The position numbers and the translations under genes are program-made. The notes beneath the pieces were generated by a model. It was not told the DNA's origin and did not search any database. It saw only the letters and a program-made list of their open reading frames with translations. From positions 21,322,950 to 21,386,949 of the forward strand of contig NC_134029.1 of assembly GCF_964204645.1 (NCBI RefSeq): a stretch of DNA of 64,000 nucleotides, written 5' to 3'. Within the stretch, counting starts at the first letter, position 1; every line of letters begins with the position of its first letter. Positions 38,157 to 51,345 of the stretch are shown here, one piece after another. Source of the DNA: Tubulanus polymorphus. Taxonomy: Eukaryota > Animalia > Nemertea.

Positions 38157-41100
38157 ATCATAAAGGCTTATCTCTGGGAAATGTATTTCCTTTTTTTTCA
38201 CGATCAAAATGAAATACCATTACCACCGTTATAAACAACCTGTCCGTAATTGCTGATTCAACTTGGACATTATTCATCAGAAAAATTCCAAGAGAACGTC
38301 GTAGGATGCAGCTATTTAAATCTGCGCTGAAAACCTACTCATTAATCCTAATCACGTATTAATTAGACCGATATAATCAACTCGTATCGCTCGGTCCGTT
38401 TGCTTATCGTTCCTATTGAACAACTAGTAATTTCCCGGTTTCAGTTGCCGTACAAACACTTTTACCATGCAATCCTCTAATATACAAGTGTCTCCGAAAC
38501 CAATTATCTAAAACTAATCTCTTGCGATCCAAAAATCCTCGCTGCAGAGATCAGAAACATCGATCACACACAAAAAAAATCTCAGCCGTGCCAAAGCGAT
38601 ATTTTCTATAAAAATTTCAAATTCAAATTTAATTCGATGTCGATTGCTGTTTTTTTTTCATGTATCGTGAAATACGATACACAGTTCATTGAAATATCGA
38701 CTCGATACTTTCAACTGAAATGAAATGTATCCACTGTGGAAATGGAACGCATCCGAGTTTAAATCACGTGACCGGAAACCGGAAATAGATATCGAACCGG
38801 GCGTATCGATTTCCCATATGCGACACTAGAAAATAAATACTGCTGCCTCACACGAATGTTTTGCTTGTGTCAGAAGGAATACGACGAACTTATGAAGTCA
38901 AACATCATTTACAGAAACGTTAAATAATTATATTCTCGTAAAATAAGCGTGACCTTTTTATTGAGTCATGATGAAAATAGCTTCCCGTTGAATAAAGATT
39001 TACCAGAGAAAATATGAAACAAACTTAAGCACTTAATAATCCAATGAAATTTATGAGCAAACCATGTAAAATTGAAGTTTTTGAAATTTTCAGATTGTCG
39101 GTTCCTGTCTGAAGCTAAACATCATGCGTCGGTACATTTAGTCCAAATCCCCGTTACAGAACAACCGATTCCACGTGTCTGTATCGGAGAAAACTATCCT
39201 TGTTTAGGATACGACGATTCCAATAAAAATGACGTGACTGCACGTACGTCTCATTTTCATTGATTATCATGAATGAAATCGTCTTTTTATCATCCCAATT
39301 ACCTGATAGGTAATGCCTCGAACGAGGGAGCCAAACGTTATGCCGGAACATATCTTTTCACTTAAGTTTCATCGACCTGTTAGAAACTTGTCGAAAGATT
39401 CTTACGATAGTAGTCCGCAGGGAAAAACGATACGACAGATTGTCATATTTCCCTTGCATACACGTAACGTATGAGAAAAGCCATTCGATTTTTACTGAAT
39501 CTAAATTTCTCGGAGATTTTAGCTCACACAATCTGCAGCTGATAGGTATCACAGGTATAGTTTGGTACCCAGCCGTTGTTCCCCAAAGTGCACACATGAG
39601 GTTAATTTTCATCTCAAATTTTTGGGGCGAAGCTTTCAGCGTCTATTCCAGCCCTTGAAACACCATCAACCCACCTCAAACTGACTGTTCTCTAACCGAT
39701 GGAAGTTAACTTAACAGTTGTTTTGGCATGAATTTAAAATCCAAGGTAGTTTTTGATGATCGTAGTAACCTAAAAACATTTGACAAGTCGCCTCGTTAAA
39801 ATGAATAAACATGGCGGCTTTCTATTTGCATGATGCAAAAATGTATGATATTATATTTGACGGTTTTGTGTCAGACGTTTCGGGGGACCTTAACAACGTC
39901 TGCTATTCATAATACATTCACAGGCAGCAGAATGAAGTTGAATTTGGGTACACGCAGCCACAAAATAATTAGTTTTTACAATGACATCAATCCTCCGTAT
40001 ACACTTATCCGCGTAAGTTTACCCAATGAAGGTTACAATATAGAGGCTTCGCATACTAAGTTAAAAGAGGTTCAATTTTTGTTTGGAGAACGGATATTTC
40101 TGAGCTGGTTTCGCCGAAGAAGACTCTGACTATTGTTGATGCGCGGATCCCCTTGGGGTTCGGTCAATTTGTAAGCAGATGGGTTGACAGTATTCACGTC
40201 AACTCGGATAAAACAAAATGACTCGTGCTAATAAAAAACCTTAATATGTCATCAATGAACAAAACGACTTTATATAAAGACCGCATGTGAAGTTTTTATA
40301 TTAAATGATAGCCACGTCATAATAATTCGTATTAACATCTTTGGGCTATCTATCGTATTAGTAAAGTAGCAGAATAATACTACTTGAACTGTACATAAAA
40401 CCTTTCAAATTGATGACCTTCGTCGCTCGAAGGTCGTCTAGTCACAGAACTCTGAATCTAGAATAAGAGGTAAGACAACATAGGTTCAGCGGTAAGCACA
40501 GATAAATCAACAACAGTTTACAGGGGTAAGCTAATTCGTCACATGGTAATCGTGCATGAATCCGCTCGTGTAAGTGCTTAGTCAACACCGAAATCGCTGA
40601 CTCTCACTTCCGGTTCAACTTGATGCAGCAAATATCATCTGTCAATTCGCCCTGTATGGGCTACACATATCCCAGCCATGTATACTGGATACCCGGAACA
40701 GTAATGTTATTTGAATATGGATCCATTCGAGGCGATAGGCCCTGTCCTAGTTCATTTCTCATCAAATTTGATTAATCCAAAACAGTTTTGTTCTCTGATA
40801 TGCATGTCACAACCTGAGAACCGGGCCCGTTGTATCCTGATTCAATGGAAAATAACTTCAACATTCAAAGTTCACATCGATAGAAATATATATTTAGAAA
40901 TTGTACTCGCTGATGCAGTCTAAACGTTGTTATTAGATTTGCAGACGGTTTTTTGTGAATATACGTGTATATTGTGTGCATTGATTTCTATTCATTTTTA
41001 GTATCTCTAGGCAACAATATCTCCCCTTCTCGTCGACTGTCGGCAAATCTGATTTCATTCGGGAGGAAATTATATTAATTTGAGAGCATTTTTATCCACA

Positions 41101-44100
41101 GTTCCAATCGTCTGCTGACAAAGAGATGATAACTATTGACGATGACAGCAACCGGAAGTAGCGTCTAATATGACATCAGATGTGAAGGGGAGAAAAGGAA
41201 GAACTTCCGGTCACGTGGACGAGGGAAAATTGAAGTGAGGTTGGGCAAACACAGGCACACGACTTGTATCAGGGTTCTAGAGCTAATTCTGTCTACATAA
41301 TGGTACTCATCAGTAGCATTAAATATATACCATTGAGTTGCCCCAATACAATGAGGGCAATATAATGTGGTGTTGTCATAAAGTGTTGAGTGCATAAATG
41401 TATTTATGAATACATATTTATATTTCTATACATTTTCAAAAAAGTGCACATTGAATAAACAGTTAAAAATGCTTGTTTATAGTTTAAATTCTAATCGTTT
41501 CTTGTCATTTTGTTAACTTTACTTGACATTATCTTATATCATGCCCGGGGTGTAATAACTTTAATCTGTATAATTATATGACCAGATGCTGACCAGGTTT
41601 TCTCCGCGAGAAACAGAGATACGGGCAGGTGGAATAATCGATTAAAACGCCTAACAAGACCACACGACGTCAACGGTCAGTGGCACCTGTTTGCAGATGG
41701 TTCTAGTTTGACCATTTGTATAAACGGTCAAGTTCTACCGGACACAGTGGTCCCATATCGACTACACACGTGCCGAAGGACTAACAAACGAAGACGATTA
41801 ATGAGTCTCGATTTACGAGTGGAGTTGGGCGTGCTGGGCTACCTGTTTCCAGCCTCGGGCACAAGTGCTGCTATTCTTCGGAGAACGCTCACAGCCAACA
41901 AATAACGTATCATTTCTTGGTCATACGGAATCGCAGGCGACTAATTACGAACGACAATGAAGTTTACTCAATGCCGAAACCGATTATGACCCGCCCTGTT
42001 TCTGATTAGAAGGAACTCAGGACGCCGGGACGCTTCAAACCCTCCTTGGTCGCCTGGGCAGATGAACAAGTGCAATCTGGTGACACCATCTGTCACGTGT
42101 TTTTTTTCTGCGAGAATGAGAAACTATGAACATTCTTTTCATTTGTTACAGGGTATCTCCGAATGACATGCCAGAGTAAGTTCTATAGGATCACCAATCG
42201 CTACTGCCCTCTGTCATCGGTGTTGGGAACTAGTTGTTGGCGGAGATGCGTCGTCGTGTGCGAAAAGACAATTAGAACACTACAGTTAAATCGGGATGAA
42301 GAATTTCTTGTAATATTCATCATACGGATGAGTGCTGTATAGCTCAGCATATACAGGCTTCTCCATGAAATAGGATTATATCACGGGAGAGTAAATCTTC
42401 TCAAGAATCTATATGACTTCAAAAATCAGTCTCGTTATGTCGCCGTGTTTTAGATTGGCTTCTTTTAAAATGCACTTGAAAGGAAGGAGGTACGATTCTC
42501 ATTCTTCACGAGGATATCCAAAATTCAGGGAACCATTTTCGAAGCATATAAAACAGAAAATTCTCATCATGGATGATCAGTGGAATATATTTGTGAAAAC
42601 GTGTGATCCATAGACCACATCATTGAGGATGAACCATTTCCTATCAAAGTGCTATTGATGAATTACATAAGATCGGCTCGGTTTAGGCAGATATTTCCCC
42701 GATTTTGCTTTTTTTCAAGAGTATACACTATACCGCGAGGAGGTCGGAGAGAACCCAACCTCCCTGATTATAGGCAACTCTCATGCGTGGTGTATCGTCT
42801 GAAAATAAGAAAATTCCAACCAATTTGAGTAATAGTTTAAAAGCCTCAAGTCATGTCAGAACAGGCAACATCAGTGCCGAGCCAGGCGACCCGTTTATAA
42901 TGCGACATCATTTGATGCCGACGAGTTGTCGCTTGTATTAGAAGCTGGCAGACGAGAGGCACGCACACGTAATATGTGCCGCAAACGAAATTCGCTAAAT
43001 GTGGATTTTAATACAATTATTACACGTGACCTGTTGAGATAAAAGCCTCGGAACAGTGGGGAAAGAAATTAAGCGGAAAATTCTGTCGATTCGTCGCTCT
43101 ATATCAGAAGCTTTATATATTACGACGTGGTGCTGGTGACAAGACACCTTTTTACACGCATCGATTCACCATACGACTACGATTTCTTTTTTGAAGAACG
43201 CGTCAAATAAATTGATTATTTCGTAGTAAGTTATAAAGCCGAAAAATACAGTAATTAACCCCAATTTTTTCATCATAATACCCTTTTCATCATAGCGATA
43301 ATTTCATTTGGGTTTTATGGGTGTAAATTGGTCATCTTGTCCCTATTAACAGAAAGGGGCATCGATATTACAGATAATCAATGCATATATCATGGAAATT
43401 AATGCACGTAAACATATCGTGTCCGTTATTCCAAAAAACCTAGCCGGTCACTGAAGATATAGGGGTGAAGATCCTCGGGCTATGAGATCGCAATCGGGGA
43501 CAATTTTCTGACGTGGTATGGTTAAATTCTGTCACTCAAAATTCTCAATCTGAACGATTCTCAAACGATTCTTTTCACCATATGTGACGTCTAGACGCAT
43601 CTGCGACCGTCTTATCGAAATATGGAATCAAACGATAGCGATCAGCTGTCAACCAGAGGCAGGAGAACCACCGATAGGCGGCCTACAACGGCCAACAACT
43701 GCCCGTTATTGAATCAGATAACAAAAAGGCCATCATAACGGTCACAAAATGTTCCATTCTTCTGTAAGAAAGCCGCATCAGATAAGGAACAAATTGTTTC
43801 GTGTCACGGAATTGTATTGTACATGGAAGATTCCTAAATTTCACAGTCCACCTTCAGCGTTGACAGGCCGCAGTCCATACCTTCAGCGGTGACAGGCCGC
43901 ATATCTTTTATGGGATAAGCATTTTTAAATACCGAAAATAATCTAAGGAATTGCTCAATTCTTGCTTATTATTTTGTTGTAAGGATGAATAAGTCAAGAA
44001 TCTATATTACATTTCAGAGAAGTGAGCTTTTAGAAAGTTTCGGTTTTAGTTTATGTTACGAGGCAATTAACGTTAGAAGCGTTATCAGCCGTCTGAGGGG

Positions 44101-47100
44101 TTCGTATGGTCTGGCCATATCCAATCAGCTCGCAGATCCCTCCCCAGACGAGAATTGATCTATCCTAATACTTTTAACCGTTGGAACATATGTAACACTA
44201 ATCAGCCATGAAATATATGTTGGACAAACTTGTTAAGGCCCACCCAGCTACCACTGCTGACACGGGGGCTGGTAAACTGCTTGGGTGGTATCCTATGATA
44301 CAGCTGTTTACAACGATCGCAACTACCAAACACCAACAAACAACAAGTCAAAAGAACTCGAATAAACATACAACAAAAATTTCAATCGAGAATATTTTCT
44401 CTGTTTTTTCGACTAGCAAAAATTTGAGAAATTCAAGATTCATGTATCTAAAGGACTTCAAGAAGAATTTTTCTCTTTGGAAAATTGTAGATTTAGAAGG
44501 CGAGTTATTACATATATTGTAACATGCTGATTATGTTTGACAGGCTATTGAGCACCCTTCTGGGTATTGTTTATTGCTAGCACTACGTAAATTGCAAACC
44601 CACAGACGAAACGGTTCCACTAATAATCTGAATCCATCCGAATGTCTTCATAGAGGTGTGAATCAGACGACTGCCTCGCTATAGATGTCTCCGCAGTGGC
44701 GCCACCACTACGCCCCGATGGAGCCTAACCTCGTTAATTTTATCACTAGTCAAGCCTTCTCCCACCGGCAGTTCTATACCAGGAAGAGTAAAAATAAAGC
44801 CGGAACACATCGACAGGTGTGTCTAGCTTACTTTCCCAAACCTTCAAGGAAACAACTCACTCGTTTTCTTAAAAGGAATTACGTAATGCCGTATAATTAG
44901 TCAGTTCTAATTTTGATTATGGTTATTTTACCAGGGAGACCTGACTCGGACATCACCTAATAGTCCCATTTACGAAATAATATCGTATTGATGCATCAAT
45001 AGTTACCATGGCATTCAGTAATATCATTAAATTGGACGAAGAAATAAAATGTGATTCTTTTTCTCATTTCGAAAAAATTTTCCAAAAAAACGTTTGATAA
45101 ATGAGTATCATCGGCGTACAATCTTTGCGTGGATTCCGTTTGTGGGGGAACTTAATCATACTTGGGTGTATAATCATTTCCAGATTTATTGTAAGTTTCG
45201 AATTGTTTGCTGTAATAAAAATTCAGATTTACGCGCGGGAAAAACATCTGTCGTCGGCCATATTGGATTTGTTCAGCTGTCGCTATGCACCAGGTGTCAG
45301 CCAGGGGGAGCTGGTTAACTAACCTTACTAATTAGACTTGACACAACAAGATGTTGTCCGTAAAACACATGTTAGAGTGCTAAAAAATCTTCCATTCAGC
45401 ATCTGTAGCTTGGTTGTAAAAACAATACACGCTGTTAGTTCTGTTCTCCGTTTACGAAAATTTAGAAAAAAACCCTCGTGGGTAACGTATAACAACGATT
45501 TTGTTTCACCAGTCATAATACGTAATATATCAGTGATATTTTCAGTTTCAGCTTTCAGAAGGTAGAAATATATACGAATATAGGAATTCTCTAATCACAC
45601 ACAATACTTCCAACGAATACAAGAATCTGGAGACCAGCTGTTTTTGTTTTCGTCAACTTCCTCGATGTCATTTTTCCACAATAAAAATGATTAGAGCAAC
45701 CTGTCTATGGAAATGGTATGAAATATGGTTAACACGTGTAATTTTTAATGCTGCAGCACAGCTGTATCGCGCGTACCCGTATTACCAGTTGCTATGGATC
45801 AGTCAACCATGTATACCTCACAGACCGAGTCAAAACATTCAAATCTCCTCAGCCATCATTGTCGAGTTGGTGCCGCCTCCACAAAAAAAAATTAATGCTG
45901 CTTCTATTTGCAGAATGTTTCCACAAGCTGGTCCCAAACCACGCATATTTTGCTTGAGAACTGGTAATATTTCTAAAAAAGGAGATCACCAAAACCTTTG
46001 TACATGCCCTCGTGTTATTTAAGCTAAAGTAGTGATTGACATTCTGGTATATATAGTTTTGGCCTTGTGAGCTCAACGCGCCTTGCTCGGGGCCAGCTTG
46101 TTTTATATTTTTTCTTAACGCTCACTTGAGCAATTCACGAAGCCCCGTCGGCCTTACAACAAAACATTCACTGTCGCCCAATTGTCGCTATTGAAGTGCG
46201 CTGAACTGTTCTGATTTTTAAGAAAAAAATACTCGAACGGACAACGTATTCGACTACGTAGAAAGCTGCTGAATTCGGGATAAACTGTGATACAACTCCA
46301 TTTGACATTAAATGCGTATGGGCCCAGATTATAGATACATGGATCCAACCGAGGCATACCGATGATTTCTTAAAAGCAGACGCAGGTGCATACGCATATC
46401 ATGTTCTGAGCATCTTTTCAATATTGTCAAATCCTTAGGCCGACTTAGTGTCTTCGGTCAGCTTGCGATGCAGCTTGCAAATCGGTGACGCGATTGTGAC
46501 TGGCGGCACGGTAGCGAAAAATCGCATATCGCGTCGCAAGGCTATTGGCCGCCAATAGTAAATATACTCAAATGTATTCACAGAGCATGCGACTTTGATT
46601 CTACTAGCAATTTTGCACAAAGCCTTGTTTTCAGGATTGTTGTTTCGCTTCAAATGTCATGATAAGCGAAATGAAAGATGTTCATCTTTCAATGTCAAGT
46701 TGCTGTCGTCTTCATCCCGTATGTAGAAAAACGCATAGATAATGGATATCTCGGAAACGCGAGAATTAAGTTATATAAGATCAAATCAGGATCAGGTTTT
46801 CGAAGAAAATTCAATATCGCTGTTATACATGTATATATTAAGCTATATGTCGTTTCGCTCAGGTTTTTCTGCCTGAAACAGGACTATGGATCGCCATTGT
46901 TTAATCAAAAGATACCAGTATCTCGTACGTAGACCGGTGGTTTATCTCGTGATGAAACGAGACGTGAAACCCGTAAAAAACTTCCGGTAAATTGAATCAT
47001 AAGATTCATAGAGCTGGACTTCATCGCGTAATATGGCTTCACTTTATCAGTGAAATAAAAAGCAGACTCGGATACCGACTCGACGTTCATTGCTGCTCAT

Positions 47101-50100
47101 ACGGCTTAAACAGCTTCGAACCCATAAACCTGACGACAGATTTGTTAAGTCGTTTGATGAATGTTGCAATATTCATGATTTTTCTTGAAGAAAACAACAG
47201 TTCAGTGAATGAAGCGCGATCCGCATGGAAAGAAATGAACTCGGAGCGCGTGTGTGTGTCGGGAACAATGGACGACTGACACTCGATACAGGGTGATGTC
47301 AGACGTGCGCAGATTATACAAAAAAAAGTTACCCATATCATCAGCAATATCATATTACGGTGTTGAGATTACTGACGCGATTGTTTAACCCCGAGGTGAC
47401 GGATGTCGTCTAGTATCATCTAACTTCCCTTAGGTTCTGTCGTATACGCAATACGAGGACGCGTAGTCGCGTCATTTCCTCGATTCTGTCAAACGCGCGG
47501 ACTAGACACTATTTTTCCGTACCTAGCTGCATTTCCTGTTGGCGTCGGACGCAACAGTATCGCATTTCAGTTGATAATGTTGATGGTTAATTTCACCCGC
47601 AATTTAGGGTAATCATATGGCTATATTAAGCCACTGTATTTAATCAAATTATTTGCTTCGATGAAGCGCTATAATTCTATAAACGCCGCGATGGCGATGC
47701 GCGTCTTGCATCCGTCTTTGAAGTCACCGTTTTTTGTCTTTAGTCGTGGCCGTGATGTTTTAACAAAATTGAAATGATTGTTAATTACGCCGCTGAAATT
47801 AGCAGCGCGCGTGGTGACATTGATCCACGTCATCGATAAAAGTCAAATAGATATTTCGACGTCGAGAGAAGTTTGAATCAATAGAAATTCCATATTTGCG
47901 TCGGATTTTCAGATTTTCAGTTAATCATCGAACTATTCCCCGTTTGTCAAGTCCATGTGACTGAGGCATGACCCGTGTCGCGTTCAGAATGGTTTCCAGC
48001 GTTTTTGCTGTATAAAAATATCATCGTAAAAAAGATCGTGTTAAAAACAATGCTTGCGGTACAAAGAGTACAATAGCTTTTGTTTCTGGCGGTCAGATGA
48101 TTTCATGATAAAATCTAAAATTTGAAAACGTGCTTGGGAAAGCAGCGTGTAACCTGCTGATGTGCATGCGCCTTCAGGAAATAGTGCGGCCTCTGTGGTT
48201 CGTGTTATTTGCGTGCAGTTTAACTATAGATTCTGAAAACAATGGTTAATTGCGTGTGATTTATGAATCGACAGTTCGATCGAATCGTCCGACTCACAAC
48301 AATAACTCTCCCGTCACTTCCGCTTCTCACGGCGAAGGTGTAGGACCCTCGTGTTGTGACGTCATAACGGCACGCTCAGGTGACTTCCGGCGGAAGTGAA
48401 ACGCGCGCAGCAGACAGCGTGACATAAATATTTGATATCGGATCGATACACGGTGTTTCACACCGTTCTGATACTTCTCAACGAGTTAAAATCATCTCGA
48501 ATTCAAAAATTTAAAAAGTCCTTTCTACTGATGTAAAATGCAGCATTGACGATGAATAACCTACAAAAAGCTCAAACTTCCTAGTTTGAAGGAAAAAAAT
48601 GATCGGAAAAGAATCGATCGTACCATTTTTCATCTACCTCTTTTCAGTACTTTTTTTAATAAGATAGGACGCCGGTTTGGCGATAATCTCATTACTAAGG
48701 GTGCACAAAATCTCCCGCACACCGTGTGCGTGCTCCGTGGCTTCTAGCCAAATATCTGAAGCGTAGTGGGCGGCACTTTGGAGGGCTTAATTTAGGCCCA
48801 GGGCGCACGAACACGATTTTAAGGGTTGTTAAGCGATTAACTCAACAATTTCCAGGACAATATTTTACAGGGAGACAAACGGCTCTGTTTATATGGCGAT
48901 GTATATGAGCAGAATGATCGAATTAACCGCAACATTGGCTAAATCTGGTCACGCGGGCATTTCAGGAAAATCCCATGTAAGCTGTTCAACATTTTCTATA
49001 TCTTCCCATGTTCAAAGAGATTATCCCGAAACATAGAGAAAACAGACGCGAGCCTCGAGCAGTTTATTCGGGTTTAATTCAGCGCGAAGACCGACTTAGC
49101 TTTTATCCGGGGACAGTTTCTTCTATTGGAAATGTCCCCAGTGGAGTTAACTAGTTTTCATCTGTACTCCCCGACTACATTTCGAAACAAATTCGATACC
49201 AATGGAAAAATTTATCAAAACCTACAATTATTAGGTTTTCCGTAAATTAAAGGACAGAAGAGAAGAGACTTTTGTAGAGACGCGGATGTCGATTTTTGAA
49301 ATGTCAAGGTTTAAAAATGAAATGTCAACAAATGTCGTTCCGTTCGTAATCGATGAAGCTTCAAGTTTAGCAAGTTTTGATCACGGTGAATGTACCATTT
49401 AATTGAAATAACATCCTAGTTATGATTCTAACCCAATGATTCTTACTTTTTCTAGTATATACATATAACACCTTTGAAATTAACTGAAAGATGTTACAAG
49501 ATCCTATTGACTTATCAATCAAATATTTAGCTCCGCCGGCGCGCAGGCTGAATAGACAACTTCATCATAGAGCACCCTGTCTCAATAGCCCCCGTCGAAA
49601 ACAGGCCCCAGACCGCCCTGAGGTCCACAGCTGATATCACAACCAGCGCAGCATTCCAAACATTCCTGATGACAATTGAAACAATTTATCAACGCAAACG
49701 CTTCCCCCGATCGTTCACCAAACAGGCTTAAAATTGTTGTCACAGATTACGAAACGCCTACAGCTGTGTGGACGAGACCAGTTAAGTCTTAAATGAGGGG
49801 AATGACCTCATCAGTACATTCTCTCCGTTCTTGATATATATTTCATTATACAAAATCAAAAAATACTAACGAAAATGGAGGACGGTGTTATATAGTGGTT
49901 TAAACGGGGGCGATGAAGCCGTTCTTTCACCCCATAATCAAAGCTGTACACATGAATACGAGCCAGGTGCAGGAGGTGATGGCCATTTTCGGACCATCAG
50001 CCACATCAGATTAGAAAATTATACCCCCGTAATATTCAACGTTTAGGCGAAGTGAAATCATCGATGTAATGATCTATTCACTTATTCAGGTAAGGCATCG

Positions 50101-51224
50101 AATGACACCTTATCGATGTGATATTTCCGAAAGCCCTTCCGGCCACTGGTTTCACGAAACACCTCCCCTTTCGTACCTAGGAACCTACCCGATTCCTCGA
50201 ATACATTCCTCAAAACAGGTGATCTAATAACATGACGTAATTTCAAAAGAAACGGGTTTTAACGGACCGTTTCTACTTCAATAACACTATTGCTTATATC
50301 CGTCTAGGACACTCTTATTAATCATCACAATCCATCGCAATTTTACGTAACGTATTTTGTAAAAGTTCGGGCGGATTGTGTAAGAACGTGCGATTGATTT
50401 GTTAGGACGGATGCGATACATTTCCGATTATGCCTTCTCCTCTGTTCAGTCGTAGATAAGATCATTGCAAAGATTGTCCGAATTTTGATAGTCACGGATT
50501 GTGAATAATAGGTTACTTAAGTTATGTGGAGATTCTTACATTCGAGAATTACATCATTAGAGTTCAGATTTTTGACTGGTATTGTGACATTTTGCTAGAG
50601 TGTTATAAATAGTTAATCATCTTCCCGATGATAATGAGGTTTGTTTCCCGCGATAAAAAAAGTATCTTTATTGTTATTCGCGGCAGTTATTATAGCCGTA
50701 AAAATAATCGAAACCATGAATTCGCGATTAAACAATAAAATCCACACAAATCGAAAATGGTAAAGCTGCGAGCGAAAAACAAAGGCGTTTGATACCGCAT
50801 TCGGCCTGCGACAAAACAAAAGCGTTTGATTCCTTGATATGTTCGCCGAAATTGCGCAGCAATAAAAAAACTGCGGCCGAGCGAACACGTGTCGGGGGAA
50901 ATGAAATGTTGTACCTTATTCCCGAGTCGGTCGACGATTAACAATCATCGCCAAAACACAATAGATTTTCGTTGTTGGGTATTGAAAACATTTTCAGTCA
51001 GTTCATAAAACAGAAATATTGCAGGGTTAGTTAGAATTGCACGAGTCGTCTGCCAGTTCCCGGGAATAGAATAGATGGCAGTGTGTGGTATCGAGTCTAT
51101 ATGAATTATCAACAGAAAATTGCTGCCTGAAACTTAACTTCATTCACACCTTTCATTTAAGATCGAAAACCTCCAGACGAAAATCAAAATAAGACAGACG
51201 TATTGAATTTGTGCATTTATTGAA

Positions 51225-51345
51225 GTGTTGGGTGCGCTGTTCGACTCTGGGATCCAAGGTCGTGGGTTCGACCGCTTGTACTATATCAGTCGCCCCAGTA
51301 TTCTATATGGCGAGGCACTTATCATCTTTTTCTCTTTCAACGCCC
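51225..51345 (+). mobile_element. Degraded tRNA-derived SINE
   Basis: gactctgggatccaaggtcgtgggttcgacc resembles a tRNA anticodon/T-arm region with a B box; downstream ggcgaggcacttatc resembles the GGCAAGGCACTT block found after the tRNA head in many metazoan SINEs. Confidence 0.5.

Noticed and set aside
41165-41395. LINE C-terminal relic (CPHC...DEYHY)
   Set aside because: Only a short resemblance to the CCHC region of non-LTR ORF2; no adjacent reverse transcriptase sequence that I can recognise.
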